This document shows positions 28,412-38,296 of a stretch of 38,296 nucleotides of DNA, in pieces. Numbering within the stretch: the first letter of the stretch is position 1; each line of letters opens with the position of its first letter. Made by a program: the position numbers and the translations under genes. The notes under the pieces are model-generated. The model saw only the letters and a list, made by a program, of their open reading frames with translations, made no database searches and was not told where the DNA came from. The DNA is from Sulfurihydrogenibium sp. (GTDB lineage Bacteria > Aquificota > Aquificia > Aquificales > Hydrogenothermaceae), in the NCBI GenBank assembly GCA_037442825.1, contig JBBIPN010000003.1, positions 1 to 38,296 on the forward strand, written 5' to 3'.

Positions 28412-29305
28412 ATGACTTTTCAAGAAATTATAATATCACTTCAAAGATTCTGGATAGATAAAGGATGTATTTTATGGCAGCCTTATGATATTGAAGTTGG
28501 TGCTGGTACGATGAATCCAGCAACATTTTTAAGGGTGCTTGGGCCAGAACCATGGAATGTATGTTATGTAGAACCTTCCAGAAGACCAAAAGACGGACGT
28601 TATGGAGAAAACCCAAACAGACTTCAGCATTACTATCAATTTCAAGTAATATTAAAACCTGCTCCGGAAAATCCACAAGAACTTTATTTGGAAAGTTTAA
28701 CAGCTCTTGGTATAGATTTGGTAAAACATGATGTTAGATTTGTTGAAGATGATTGGGAGAGTCCAACACTTGGTGCATGGGGGCTTGGTTGGGAAGTGTG
28801 GCTTGATGGTATGGAAATAACACAGTTTACATATTTCCAACAAGCTGGAAGCTTAGATTTACCTGAAATTAGTGTTGAAATTACTTATGGACTTGAGAGA
28901 ATAGCAACTTATCTACAAGGTAAAGATAGTGTTTACGATGTCTTTTGGACAGAAGGTTTAACCTATGGTGATATATACAAAGAATCAGAAAGACAGTGGT
29001 CTATTCATAACTTTGAAGTTGTTGATATAGATTTCTTAACAAAAACATTTGATATGTACGAAAAAGAAGGTTATAAACTTCTAAAGTTAAATCTTCCAAT
29101 ACCTGCTTATGACTATGCATTAAAATGTTCTCATACGTTCAATTTACTTGATGCAAGAGGTGCTTTATCTGTTAACGAGAGAGCAAGATATATAGCAAGA
29201 GTTAGGAATTTAGCGAGAGAATGTGCAAAAGCTTTTGTAAAACATAGAGAAGAACTTGGACATCCACTAATCAAAAGGAGAGAGAATGAAGTCTTATCTA
29301 CTTGA
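28412..29305 (+). CDS. glyQ: Glycine-tRNA ligase alpha subunit (start moved to ATG 28412)
   Basis: [62 protein letters not shown]. Confidence 0.98.
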   Translation: MTFQEIIISLQRFWIDKGCILWQPYDIEVGAGTMNPATFLRVLGPEPWNVCYVEPSRRPKDGRYGENPNRLQHYYQFQVILKPAPENPQELYLESLTALGIDLVKHDVRFVEDDWESPTLGAWGLGWEVWLDGMEITQFTYFQQAGSLDLPEISVEITYGLERIATYLQGKDSVYDVFWTEGLTYGDIYKESERQWSIHNFEVVDIDFLTKTFDMYEKEGYKLLKLNLPIPAYDYALKCSHTFNLLDARGALSVNERARYIARVRNLARECAKAFVKHREELGHPLIKRRENEVLST

Positions 29306-31316
29306 AATAGGATGTGAAGAATTACCACCAAAAGCAATTTTAACGTACAAAGAGTTTTTAAGAGAGTTTTTCAATACAAACTTCCAAAATTTTTTTGCTT
29401 ATACAACGGATAATATAAAAGTATATGCATCACCAAGAAGGTTGGCTGTTTTAGTTGAAAATCTAAAAGAAAAAGAAGATAGTGAAAATACAACATTGAT
29501 AGGACCACCTTATAAAGTGGCTGTAGATAACGAAGGAAGATTTACAAAAGCTGCTATCTCTTTTGCAGAAAAAAATAGTATTCCTCTTGAAAAACTTCAA
29601 AAGATAACAACAGATAAAGGTGAGTACATAGGTGCTGTTGTAGAAAAGGAAGGAAAAGATATAAAATTACATATTCAAACAGTTTTATCAAATTTCTTTA
29701 AAGAGTTTCCACAATTAAAATCTATGAAATGGAACAGTTCAGATTATAGATTTCCAAGACCGATAAGATGGATAGTCTCCCTTCTTGATGATGAAGTTAT
29801 AGACTTTACTATAGCAAATGTAAAAGCAGATAGGTATACTTATCTACACAGATTTATGACAAGCTCGATAGGAAGGGGAGAAAGAAAAGAAATAAACCAT
29901 GCAAAAGATTATGAAGAGATAACAAAGCTTGGTTTTATAATTGCAAACTATGAAGAAAGAAAAAAATCTATATTTACACAGTATGAAGGTTTTGCAAGAC
30001 AGTTAAATGCTGAAATTATAAAAGATGAAGACCTTATTGATGAAATAACATGTTTAACAGAGTTTCCAATAGGTATCGTTGGAGAATTTTTTCCAAGTTA
30101 TCTAATTTTACCTAAGGAAGTTATTATAACTGTATGTAAACACCATCAAAGATATTTGAATTTCATTAAAGATGGTAAGTTGATACCACAATTTTTGGCA
30201 TTTTCAAACAATGCAGTAAAAGATAGAAACATTGTAAAAAATGGTTATGAAAAAGTATTAAAAGCAAGGCTTGAGGATGCTTTATTCTTTTATAACGAGG
30301 ACTTAAAGAAAAAATTAGAAGATAATATAGAAAAGTTAAAAGGTATACAGTTTCATGAAAAACTTGGCTCTGTGTATGATAAAGTCATAAGAAATTTAGA
30401 ACTATCTAAAAAGATAGCAAATCTTTTAGATTATAAAGAGATACAAAAATTAGAGAGAGCTGTTTTACTTTCAAAAGCAGACCTTACTACAGAAATGGTA
30501 AAAGAGTTTGATGAACTTCAAGGTATAATGGGAATGTACTATGCTCAAAAGCAAGGAGAAGATGAAGAAGTAGCAAGAGCTATATATGAACATTACCTAC
30601 CAAAAACGTCAGATGATGAATTACCTGAAACGTCATTAGGTACTATTAGTGCATTAGCTGACAAAATAGATACAGTTTACTCTTTTATAAAGATAGGAGA
30701 GATACCAAAAGCATCTACTGACCCATTTGGTATAAGAAGAAATGCTATAGGTATAGTAAGGGTATTAGTTGAAAAAGAGATAGATTTAGACCTTAGAGAT
30801 TTAATAGATGATGAAAATGTTGTTGATTTTATACTATCAAGATTAGAAAGTTATTTGCAATCAAAAGGCTTTAAAACGGATACTATAAATGCTGTATTAT
30901 CACTTAAAGATGCAAACCTCTATAGAAATTATCTAAAAGTTAAAGCCTTAACCATACTAAAAGAAAATCCAGAGTATGAAAATGTGATAAAAGTGTTTAA
31001 AAGAGTAGGAAATATTATTCCTCAAACTTTTAATGGCGTATTTTCCTTAGATTTAGCAGAAAACAGTTTTGAAAAAGAGCTTTATGAAAAATTTGTTGAG
31101 ATAAAAGCTAAATTCTTAGGTCTAATAAATGGTAAAAATTACATTAATGCTTTATCTTTACTATTAGAGCTAAAACCTTATATAGATAGATTTTTTGATA
31201 ATGTTATGATTATGGTAGAAGATGAAAAAATAAAAAATAATCGTCTTGGACTTTTAAAAGAGATAAATGACTTATTTAAAAATATAGCAGATTTTACAAA
31301 ATTAATTGGAGGTTAG
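29286..31316 (+). CDS. glyS: Glycine-tRNA ligase beta subunit
   Basis: [59 protein letters not shown]...NNRL. Confidence 0.97.
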   Translation: MKSYLLEIGCEELPPKAILTYKEFLREFFNTNFQNFFAYTTDNIKVYASPRRLAVLVENLKEKEDSENTTLIGPPYKVAVDNEGRFTKAAISFAEKNSIPLEKLQKITTDKGEYIGAVVEKEGKDIKLHIQTVLSNFFKEFPQLKSMKWNSSDYRFPRPIRWIVSLLDDEVIDFTIANVKADRYTYLHRFMTSSIGRGERKEINHAKDYEEITKLGFIIANYEERKKSIFTQYEGFARQLNAEIIKDEDLIDEITCLTEFPIGIVGEFFPSYLILPKEVIITVCKHHQRYLNFIKDGKLIPQFLAFSNNAVKDRNIVKNGYEKVLKARLEDALFFYNEDLKKKLEDNIEKLKGIQFHEKLGSVYDKVIRNLELSKKIANLLDYKEIQKLERAVLLSKADLTTEMVKEFDELQGIMGMYYAQKQGEDEEVARAIYEHYLPKTSDDELPETSLGTISALADKIDTVYSFIKIGEIPKASTDPFGIRRNAIGIVRVLVEKEIDLDLRDLIDDENVVDFILSRLESYLQSKGFKTDTINAVLSLKDANLYRNYLKVKALTILKENPEYENVIKVFKRVGNIIPQTFNGVFSLDLAENSFEKELYEKFVEIKAKFLGLINGKNYINALSLLLELKPYIDRFFDNVMIMVEDEKIKNNRLGLLKEINDLFKNIADFTKLIGG

Positions 31317-31318
31317 CA

Positions 31319-33745
31319 ATGGCTAAAAAGTTAGTTTTATGGCTTAATGAAGTTGGTATGGAAGATATAGAGCTTGTTGGAGGTAAAAATGCATCATTAG
31401 GAGAGATGATTAAAGGATTATCTTCTCTCGGTATTAAAATCCCAATGGGGTTTGTAGTTACATCAGAAGCTTACTGGCATTTTGTAGATTATAACAATTT
31501 AAGAGAAAAGATAAGAGAAATCCTTGCAGGTTTAGATCCAAACAATATAGAAGATTTAGCTAAAAGAGGTTTGACAATTAGAGAACTTATAAAAGGCGGA
31601 AACTTCCCAGAAGATTTAAAAGAAGAAATTTTAAGAGCATATAAAGAACTTAGTGATATGTATGGACAGTTTAGAGTTGATGTTGCTGTTAGGTCGTCTG
31701 CTACAGCTGAAGACTTACCAAATGCATCGTTTGCAGGTCAGCAAGATACATACCTTAATATAAAAGGAGATGAAACATTATTATCTGCTATTAGAAGTTG
31801 CTTTGCTTCTTTATTTACAGATAGGGCAATATCTTATAGAGAATCTTTTAAGTTTGATCACTTTGCAATAGGTCTTGCTGTTGGTGTTCAAAAGATGGTA
31901 AGATCTGACCTTGCTGCTTCAGGTGTATCATTTTCTATAGATTCAGATAGTGGTTTTAGAGATGTTGTTCTTATAAATGCATCTTATGGTCTTGGTGAGA
32001 TGGTAGTTCAAGGAGCTGTTACACCAGATGAATTTTTAGTATTTAAACCAACACTAAAAGAAGGGTATGAAGCTATTATTGAGAAAAAGCTTGGTAGAAA
32101 AACCCATAAAATGGTTTATGGGACTACACCAGATGAGAGAACAAAAATAGTTCCAGTATCAAAAGAAGAGCAAGCTAAATTCTGCTTGGAAGATGCAGAA
32201 GTTTTAAAACTTGCAAAATGGGTAATGGCAATAGAAGAGTACTACTCAAATAAGTATGGAAAATGGACACCTATGGATGTAGAATGGGCAAAAGATGGAG
32301 AACTAAATGAGCTTTTTGTAGTTCAAGCAAGACCAGAAACAGTTCATTCACATAAAGACCATTCTAAAATAACTACATATAAAATTACAGAACCTTATGA
32401 AACAAGAATAAATAAAAGAATTGTAGAAGGTATAGCAGTTGGAGATAAAGTTGCATTTGGTAAAGTAAGAATACTTCATGATTTAGAAGATGCAAAAGAA
32501 TTTCAAGCTGGAGAAGTACTTGTTACAGACATGACAGACCCAGACTGGGAACCAATAATGAAAAAAGCAGCTGCAATAGTTACGAATAAAGGTGGTAGAA
32601 CATGTCATGCTGCTATAGTTGCTAGAGAACTTGGTGTTCCAGCAGTTGTAGGGACTGGAAATGCTACAGAAGTATTAGAAAACGGAGATGAAGTAACCGT
32701 CTCTTGTGCAGAAGGTGAAAGAGGTTATGTTTACAGAGGAAAAGTAGAGTTTGAAGTTGAAGAGTTTGATCTAAATAACTTACCAAAAACAAAAACGCCT
32801 ATACTTATGAACGTTGCTTCACCAGAAGGTGCATTTGACTTTTCATTTTTACCAAATGCTGGTGTAGGACTTGCAAGGGAAGAATTTATCATAAATAACT
32901 ACATCTCTATACATCCACTTGCACTTATTAAATTTGACGAAATTAAACAAAAAGATTCTGAGATTGCAGAGATAATAGAAGATAAAACATTTGGATATGA
33001 GAATAAAGAGGAATATTACGTTAAAAAACTTTCTTATGGAATTGCAAAAATAGCAGCTGCATTTTATCCAAAACCAGTTATTGTTAGATTTTCAGATTTT
33101 AAATCAAATGAGTATGCAAACTTGATAGGTGGAAAGTATTTTGAACCAGAAGAAGAAAACCCAATGATAGGCTTTAGAGGTGCTTCAAGATACTACTCAG
33201 AATTTTTCAAACCAGCATTTGGACTTGAATGTAAAGCTATATTAAGGGTTAGAAATAAAATGGGCTTAAAGAATGTTATAGTAATGGTGCCATTCTGTAG
33301 AACACATGAAGAAGCTAAAAAAGTTTTAGAAGTTATGGAAGATTATGGATTAAAAAGAGGAGAAAATGGTTTACAAGTTTATGTAATGTGTGAGCTTCCT
33401 TCAAACGTTATACTTGCAGATCAATTTGCAGAATACTTTGATGGTTTCTCTATAGGTTCAAATGACTTAACTCAGTTAACACTTGGATTAGATAGAGATT
33501 CTTCACTTGTTGCTCATCTTTATGATGAAAGGAATGAAGCAGTAAAAAGAATGATAGCCCAAGTAATAAAAGTTGCAAAAGAGAAAGGTAAAAAGATAGG
33601 TATATGTGGACAAGGGCCTTCAGATTTCCCTGATTTTGCACAGTTTTTAGTAGAACAAGGTATAGATACAATATCTATAAACCCAGACTCTATCATAAAA
33701 ACAACAAAGGCTATTTACGAAATAGAGAAAAAGTTAGGTATTTAA
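31319..33745 (+). CDS. ppsA: Phosphoenolpyruvate synthase (pyruvate, water dikinase)
   Basis: VGGKNASLGEM, VAVRSSATAEDLP.ASFAGQQDT, GGRTCHAAIVARE (phospho-His), FSIGSNDLTQL. Confidence 0.97.
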   Translation: MAKKLVLWLNEVGMEDIELVGGKNASLGEMIKGLSSLGIKIPMGFVVTSEAYWHFVDYNNLREKIREILAGLDPNNIEDLAKRGLTIRELIKGGNFPEDLKEEILRAYKELSDMYGQFRVDVAVRSSATAEDLPNASFAGQQDTYLNIKGDETLLSAIRSCFASLFTDRAISYRESFKFDHFAIGLAVGVQKMVRSDLAASGVSFSIDSDSGFRDVVLINASYGLGEMVVQGAVTPDEFLVFKPTLKEGYEAIIEKKLGRKTHKMVYGTTPDERTKIVPVSKEEQAKFCLEDAEVLKLAKWVMAIEEYYSNKYGKWTPMDVEWAKDGELNELFVVQARPETVHSHKDHSKITTYKITEPYETRINKRIVEGIAVGDKVAFGKVRILHDLEDAKEFQAGEVLVTDMTDPDWEPIMKKAAAIVTNKGGRTCHAAIVARELGVPAVVGTGNATEVLENGDEVTVSCAEGERGYVYRGKVEFEVEEFDLNNLPKTKTPILMNVASPEGAFDFSFLPNAGVGLAREEFIINNYISIHPLALIKFDEIKQKDSEIAEIIEDKTFGYENKEEYYVKKLSYGIAKIAAAFYPKPVIVRFSDFKSNEYANLIGGKYFEPEEENPMIGFRGASRYYSEFFKPAFGLECKAILRVRNKMGLKNVIVMVPFCRTHEEAKKVLEVMEDYGLKRGENGLQVYVMCELPSNVILADQFAEYFDGFSIGSNDLTQLTLGLDRDSSLVAHLYDERNEAVKRMIAQVIKVAKEKGKKIGICGQGPSDFPDFAQFLVEQGIDTISINPDSIIKTTKAIYEIEKKLGI

Positions 33746-33754
33746 CAAATAATC

Positions 33755-33788
33755 AAAAAGGGGGGAAATATTTCCCCTTTTTCTTTTT
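33755..33788. terminator. Rho-independent terminator after ppsA (possibly bidirectional)
   Basis: A run, GGGGAA-ATAT-TTCCCC hairpin, T run. Confidence 0.82.
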
Positions 33789-33857
33789 AAAGATTTTTTT
33801 TTTTAAATCCGATTATATTTATATATAAATAAAGAAAATTTAAAAAATGAGGAAGTT

Positions 33858-34811
33858 ATGGTTAAAAATATCTTGTCTACGGTTAGCTTGTCTCTTTTAC
33901 ATAAAAAAACAAAACTTTATACAGGTATAGAAGTAGATTATGATTTTATAAGGGTATCTACATTAGAAAAAGACGAAAAAGATCAAACAGTTTTTTCTTT
34001 AATGCCTTTTGAGTTTGAAATTACAGGTGATAATCAGCAAGATGGTTTAATCCTTAAGGAAGAAATAGAAAAAAGGGGATTGGAAATTAAAAATGCTAAT
34101 TTTTCTATACCTTCATCTTCTCTTCTTTTTAAAAATTTAAAACTTCCTTTGCTTTCAGAAAAAGAAATTAAAGATGCTATAGAATGGAATATAAGAGAAG
34201 ATATAGAGAATTTAAAATCTGAAACTATTTATGATTATTCAATTCTAAATAAGGAACAAAATTTTTTCAATATATTGGTTGTTATAGCAAAAAAACAACA
34301 AATTCAAAGAATTTTAGAAATATCAGAAGAAGCAAAAATTAATGTAGGTATCATAGAGCCATCTTCAATTTCACTTCTTAACATGGCTCATATGCAAAAA
34401 AATAAAGTTTCAAAAAACAAAGAAGAAAAGAATATATGTATAATTCATTTAGATAAAAACGATTCATTTATGGTATTTTATAATGATAATACTTTAATTT
34501 TACAACCAATAGATTTCAACTCTGAAGTTTATAAAAATCTTAGCCCTGATGAGAAAGAGCAAGAAGTAATAAGATTGATAAACGAGATAAATTACTTTTT
34601 CTTAACTATTCAAGAACCTAAGATTATATATTCTTCAGGTTTTTTTGCAAAATATCCAGAAATAAAAGCTTATATGCAACTTAAATTTAGTACAAGGTTT
34701 ATACTTGAAGATTTAGATCCAGTGATGGCATTTGATATTGCTTATAAAGGTAATTTCCCGATTTCTATTTTTAATACATCAATTAGTTTAGCTTATAGGG
34801 GTATGCTATGA
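33858..34811 (+). CDS. pilM: Type IV pilus assembly protein PilM-like
   Basis: N-terminal GIEVD actin-like strand, LKLP.LSE.EI..AIEW, IYDY, L.V.AKK; first gene of the pilMNO-Q order. Confidence 0.75.
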   Translation: MVKNILSTVSLSLLHKKTKLYTGIEVDYDFIRVSTLEKDEKDQTVFSLMPFEFEITGDNQQDGLILKEEIEKRGLEIKNANFSIPSSSLLFKNLKLPLLSEKEIKDAIEWNIREDIENLKSETIYDYSILNKEQNFFNILVVIAKKQQIQRILEISEEAKINVGIIEPSSISLLNMAHMQKNKVSKNKEEKNICIIHLDKNDSFMVFYNDNTLILQPIDFNSEVYKNLSPDEKEQEVIRLINEINYFFLTIQEPKIIYSSGFFAKYPEIKAYMQLKFSTRFILEDLDPVMAFDIAYKGNFPISIFNTSISLAYRGML

Positions 34812-35395
34812 TAAATATAAACCTAAATCCTAAGAAGAAATCAAAAGAAAAATTAGCTATAACAAAATTTTCTATTCCAAAAATTGATTTTAAAAACCTA
34901 AATGTCATATTTTTAGTTGGAATTGGTGGAGCTTTAGTAGTAGCTTTAGAATTTGCTTATTATCTATATATAGCAAAAAGAGTTAGTGATTTAAATGAAA
35001 AAAAGACTGTTTTACTGTCTGAACAAGAAAAATATAAAGATTTAAAAGATAAAATTGACAAAATAAGAATAGCATTAACAGAAGAAGAGAAAATTAAAGA
35101 GAAATTAAACCTTAAACTAAAAACGTTAGAAAAAGTAAGTGAAAGTAAAAAACCTCTAACACCAAAAATAGAAAGTATAGTAAGGTCTATCCCAGATGGT
35201 TTATGGCTTGATACTTTAGAACTATCCCAAAATAATGGAAAAGTATCAGGTTACTCATTAAATCCAAATTTGATATCTCTATACTATAGAAATTTAAACA
35301 AAACATATAAACAACTAAATTTTAACGCAACAGAGAAAAAAGCAGCTACTAAAAATTTAGATTTTTATAGTTTTACATTTGAATTTAAAAACTAA
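34808..35395 (+). CDS. pilN: Type IV pilus assembly protein PilN
   Basis: ININLNP (INLLP-type PilM-binding motif), one TM segment, coiled coil, IPDGLWL, SGYS. Confidence 0.85.
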   Translation: MININLNPKKKSKEKLAITKFSIPKIDFKNLNVIFLVGIGGALVVALEFAYYLYIAKRVSDLNEKKTVLLSEQEKYKDLKDKIDKIRIALTEEEKIKEKLNLKLKTLEKVSESKKPLTPKIESIVRSIPDGLWLDTLELSQNNGKVSGYSLNPNLISLYYRNLNKTYKQLNFNATEKKAATKNLDFYSFTFEFKN

Positions 35396-35407
35396 GGAGA
35401 AACTGTT

Positions 35408-36076
35408 ATGGATATAAGAGAACAATGGGAACAAACTCCACTTTGGCAAAGAATATTTTTAATATTCATAGGGTTACTATTTTTTGCTTTTGTTATATAT
35501 AATTTTCTTTTATCTCCAAAACTTGATGAGTATAAAAATTTAAAAGAAGAAATCTTGAATCTTGAAAATCAAGTTGAGTTATTAAAAAATTCTGTAGATG
35601 CTAAAAAACAAAAAATATTAGAGAAAAAATTAGAAGAAGTTAAGGAAGCAATAAAACAAGATGAGTTCAAAATACAATCTTTATCTAATATCATTCCACC
35701 AAAACCAGATATAGATGATGTTTTAAGTATTGTTTCATTAACTGCAAGAAAAAATATGACAATATTAAACTCTTTTAAAGTAGATAAAGAAGAAGAGATT
35801 TACCTATATTACAACAAAGATACAGATAAGTTAGAAGAGATTAAACCAAAGCAAGATAAAGATAAACAGGTTCAAATTCCTGCAAATGCTATTAAGCTAA
35901 AAAAAATAGTTATAAATACTGATTTGTCTGGCGATATGAAAAGTATAAAAAACTTTTTAGATGATATATCAAAATCTGAAAGATTTATAGTTGCAGATAA
36001 TATTGTTTTAAAAAAAGAAGGAAATGCTTTAATATCTACAATTAATTTAGTAGTTTACTATCTACCGGAGGAATAA
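35408..36076 (+). CDS. pilO: Type IV pilus assembly protein PilO
   Basis: N-terminal TM segment, coiled coil, IP..PDI..VL, G....I..FL..I....R. Confidence 0.8.
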   Translation: MDIREQWEQTPLWQRIFLIFIGLLFFAFVIYNFLLSPKLDEYKNLKEEILNLENQVELLKNSVDAKKQKILEKKLEEVKEAIKQDEFKIQSLSNIIPPKPDIDDVLSIVSLTARKNMTILNSFKVDKEEEIYLYYNKDTDKLEEIKPKQDKDKQVQIPANAIKLKKIVINTDLSGDMKSIKNFLDDISKSERFIVADNIVLKKEGNALISTINLVVYYLPEE

Positions 36077-36078
36077 AA

Positions 36079-36324
36079 ATGATTAGAATAATATTATTTT
36101 TAATAATTTTATTTAAATTTTCTTTTGCAGAAAGTGTTAATTTACCATCACTGCAAGATTTAGGGCCATTTATAGGGTTGGAAGCTACTGTAGGATATAT
36201 TCAAAAAGAAAATGGGGAAAAATTTATGGTTGTTGAGACACCAGAAGGAACAAAGTTAGTTAAAGTTAAAACAAACCCACAGGAAATTATAAATAAAAAA
36301 ATAAATAATGGAGATATACCATGA
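36079..36324 (+). CDS. Small secreted protein in the pilP position
   Basis: Signal peptide (..FSFA), short beta-rich domain (VGYIQ...FMVVETPEG..LVKV); ATGA overlap with pilQ. Confidence 0.65.
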   Translation: MIRIILFLIILFKFSFAESVNLPSLQDLGPFIGLEATVGYIQKENGEKFMVVETPEGTKLVKVKTNPQEIINKKINNGDIP

Positions 36325-38168
36325 AGAAGAAATTATTAGCTACAGCTATAATATCATCAATTTTTGTTCCATCTATTTCATTTGGAGAGAAAATTTCAGC
36401 AGAGTTTAATAATGCAAAGCTTTCAACAGTAGTAGATGCTATATCCCAAGCTTCTAATTTTAATGTTATATGGGATAAAGACGCAATAGCTCAAAAGGAT
36501 AAATTGGTAAATTTGTCGATAAAAAGACCTATAGAAGCAGAAAGTTTGTTTAATCTTGTCCTTCTTGAAAATGGCCTTATAAGTATAAAAGAAAATGGTA
36601 TATATAAAATAAAAGTTGCTGATGATTATTCTATAACTATACCTTCAGAGGTAATAAAAGCTTTTGGGAAAGATTTGTTTGATGGAGTTATTTCAAATGT
36701 TAAAAGATATGCTTCACCTTCTGCAGTGATAAAAGTAGATAATTTAAGCTATACTATCTTTGTTAAAGATGATAAAGATAATATAGATAGAATAAAAGTA
36801 TCAATAACTGCATATATTGACAGTGTCAAAAAGCAATCAGAAGAGATATCAAAACTACAACAGCAAGAAGGACAGTTTATGAAAAAAGAGTTTAATATAG
36901 ATTTTGAAAAATTTAAATCTATTGAAGATAATATAGCAGAGAATATTGGACTTTATGGAAAGTATGAATATGATAAAGAAAAAGAGAAGTTAGTTGTATT
37001 TGATACTAAAGAAAATGTTATAAAAATTTCAAGATTAGTAGGTCAAATTACACAGGATAAAATTGAAACAAAATGTTTTTATGCAAGAGGTCTTGAGCCT
37101 GGAGAAATTATAGAGAATATAAAAGAAAATGATTTATCAGAAAATGGAACTGTAATTTTTAAAGCTAAAGGTGTTAGCGAAACTAGAGGAGTTGAACAGA
37201 GACAGATTTCAACAACAGGTACTGCACAGTTAACTGGTGTGACAGCAGGTATTACTGAACCCACATCTCAAACAGCTGGAATAATAACATCTTTGCCTAA
37301 AATCTGTATTACAGATACAGCAAAAGTTATAGAAAAAATTAAATATAAATATTCAGATTATTTACTTGATAGACCTTATCAGATAGCTATAGAAGCAAGA
37401 ATTGTTCAAATAAGTACAAAAAATTTAAAAGATTTAGGTATTCAATGGGGTGGAGGAGCATTTAATTTAGATAATAATCGTACAAAAATTATTTCTGGTT
37501 CAAATACCAATAATTTTACATATGCGATTAATTATACTTCTCCAACTTTAAGTATAACAAGAAATTATAATGGTGGTTTTGCAGCAGATTTTCCTGCTTC
37601 TAATGCAAAAATAGGTTCTGGCTTTGCTCTTGGATTTATACTTGGTGGTACCCAAAACTTTTTAGATATAAGACTTAGCGCTCTGCAAAGTATAGGAAAA
37701 TCTAGAATTTTATCAAAGCCTCAAATTGTTACAATAGATGGAGAAATGGCTGAAATATCTCAAGGTTATGAAGTACCATATACAACAGCAGTAGCAGCTG
37801 GTGGTGGAACTACAGCTTCAGTTTCATTTAAAAAGGCTGTTTTAAAACTAAATGTAACACCAAGAACAACGGCAGATGGAAATATTATAATGGATCTTAT
37901 TATAACTCAAGATATACCAGACTTTAAAAACACAGTTCTTGGAAATCCTCCAATTCAAACTAAAACAATAACAAGTAAAGTTGTAGCAAAAGATGGATCA
38001 ACTGTTGTTATAGGTGGAATTCTTGAAAAAACAGAAGATCAACAAAGAAATGGTATACCAGGACTTATGAATGTACCAATTTTAGGAGCTTTATTTAGGG
38101 AAGATATTAACGAAGAACAAGCTACAGAGCTGTTAATTTTCCTATCTCCTAAAATTGTTTATGAATAA
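36321..38168 (+). CDS. pilQ: Type IV pilus secretin PilQ
   Basis: Signal peptide, N0-like domain, QIAIEARIV, LGIQWG, LSKPQIVT, LNVTPR, VVIGGI, GIPGLMNVPILGALFR, ELLIFLSPKIV. Confidence 0.92.
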   Translation: MKKKLLATAIISSIFVPSISFGEKISAEFNNAKLSTVVDAISQASNFNVIWDKDAIAQKDKLVNLSIKRPIEAESLFNLVLLENGLISIKENGIYKIKVADDYSITIPSEVIKAFGKDLFDGVISNVKRYASPSAVIKVDNLSYTIFVKDDKDNIDRIKVSITAYIDSVKKQSEEISKLQQQEGQFMKKEFNIDFEKFKSIEDNIAENIGLYGKYEYDKEKEKLVVFDTKENVIKISRLVGQITQDKIETKCFYARGLEPGEIIENIKENDLSENGTVIFKAKGVSETRGVEQRQISTTGTAQLTGVTAGITEPTSQTAGIITSLPKICITDTAKVIEKIKYKYSDYLLDRPYQIAIEARIVQISTKNLKDLGIQWGGGAFNLDNNRTKIISGSNTNNFTYAINYTSPTLSITRNYNGGFAADFPASNAKIGSGFALGFILGGTQNFLDIRLSALQSIGKSRILSKPQIVTIDGEMAEISQGYEVPYTTAVAAGGGTTASVSFKKAVLKLNVTPRTTADGNIIMDLIITQDIPDFKNTVLGNPPIQTKTITSKVVAKDGSTVVIGGILEKTEDQQRNGIPGLMNVPILGALFREDINEEQATELLIFLSPKIVYE

Positions 38169-38235
38169 AATTTTTGAACTTTTGCAAAATTGCATAAATG
38201 AGTATGAAAAGAGCAATAATTTACAAATATTGAAA

Positions 38236-38252
38236 TTGGCATAAAATTTGAT
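38236..38252 (+). promoter_or_regulatory. Possible sigma54 promoter for a gene beyond the window end
   Basis: TTGGCATAAAATTTGAT shares TTGGCATAAAA with the two nitrogen-locus promoters; GA at -12. Confidence 0.4.
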
Positions 38253-38296
38253 TATATAGACAACAACTGAACAAGATTAATATTGATAAAAATCAA

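Noticed and set aside
38169..38296. CRISPR leader or array at the window end
   Set aside because: AT-rich, but no repeat-spacer units or cas genes are visible anywhere in the window.

Overview
AT-rich bacterial chromosome segment. The protein sequences and gene content look like Aquificota (Hydrogenothermaceae/Sulfurihydrogenibium-like); this is an inference, not a database result. From 1 to 15.3 kb lie the 3' end of tuf and a complete, contiguous S10-spc-alpha ribosomal cluster (rpsJ to rplQ, with secY, adk, map, infA, rpoA and an rpmJ that the ORF track missed). Next come yggT, a FliK-like/FlhB-C-like pair, dapD and an aldehyde dehydrogenase. A nitrogen-assimilation locus follows: a deleted glnK-amtB remnant, an outer-membrane beta-barrel, glnB, glnA and an intact amt, with two near-identical NtrC-type enhancer/sigma54-like promoter modules. 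The rest holds an arsenic-resistance operon (arsR, small CXXC protein, arsP, arsC, arsB), tRNA-Ser(GCT), a decayed coiled-coil repeat gene, glyQS-ppsA and a pilMNO-(P-like)-pilQ type IV pilus operon. The most unusual features are (1) a GC-rich, multiply pseudoknotted RNA-like element in the 101-nt rpsD-rpoA spacer, and (2) the glnK::amtB deletion scar, whose regulatory module is preserved and now sits in front of a putative porin.
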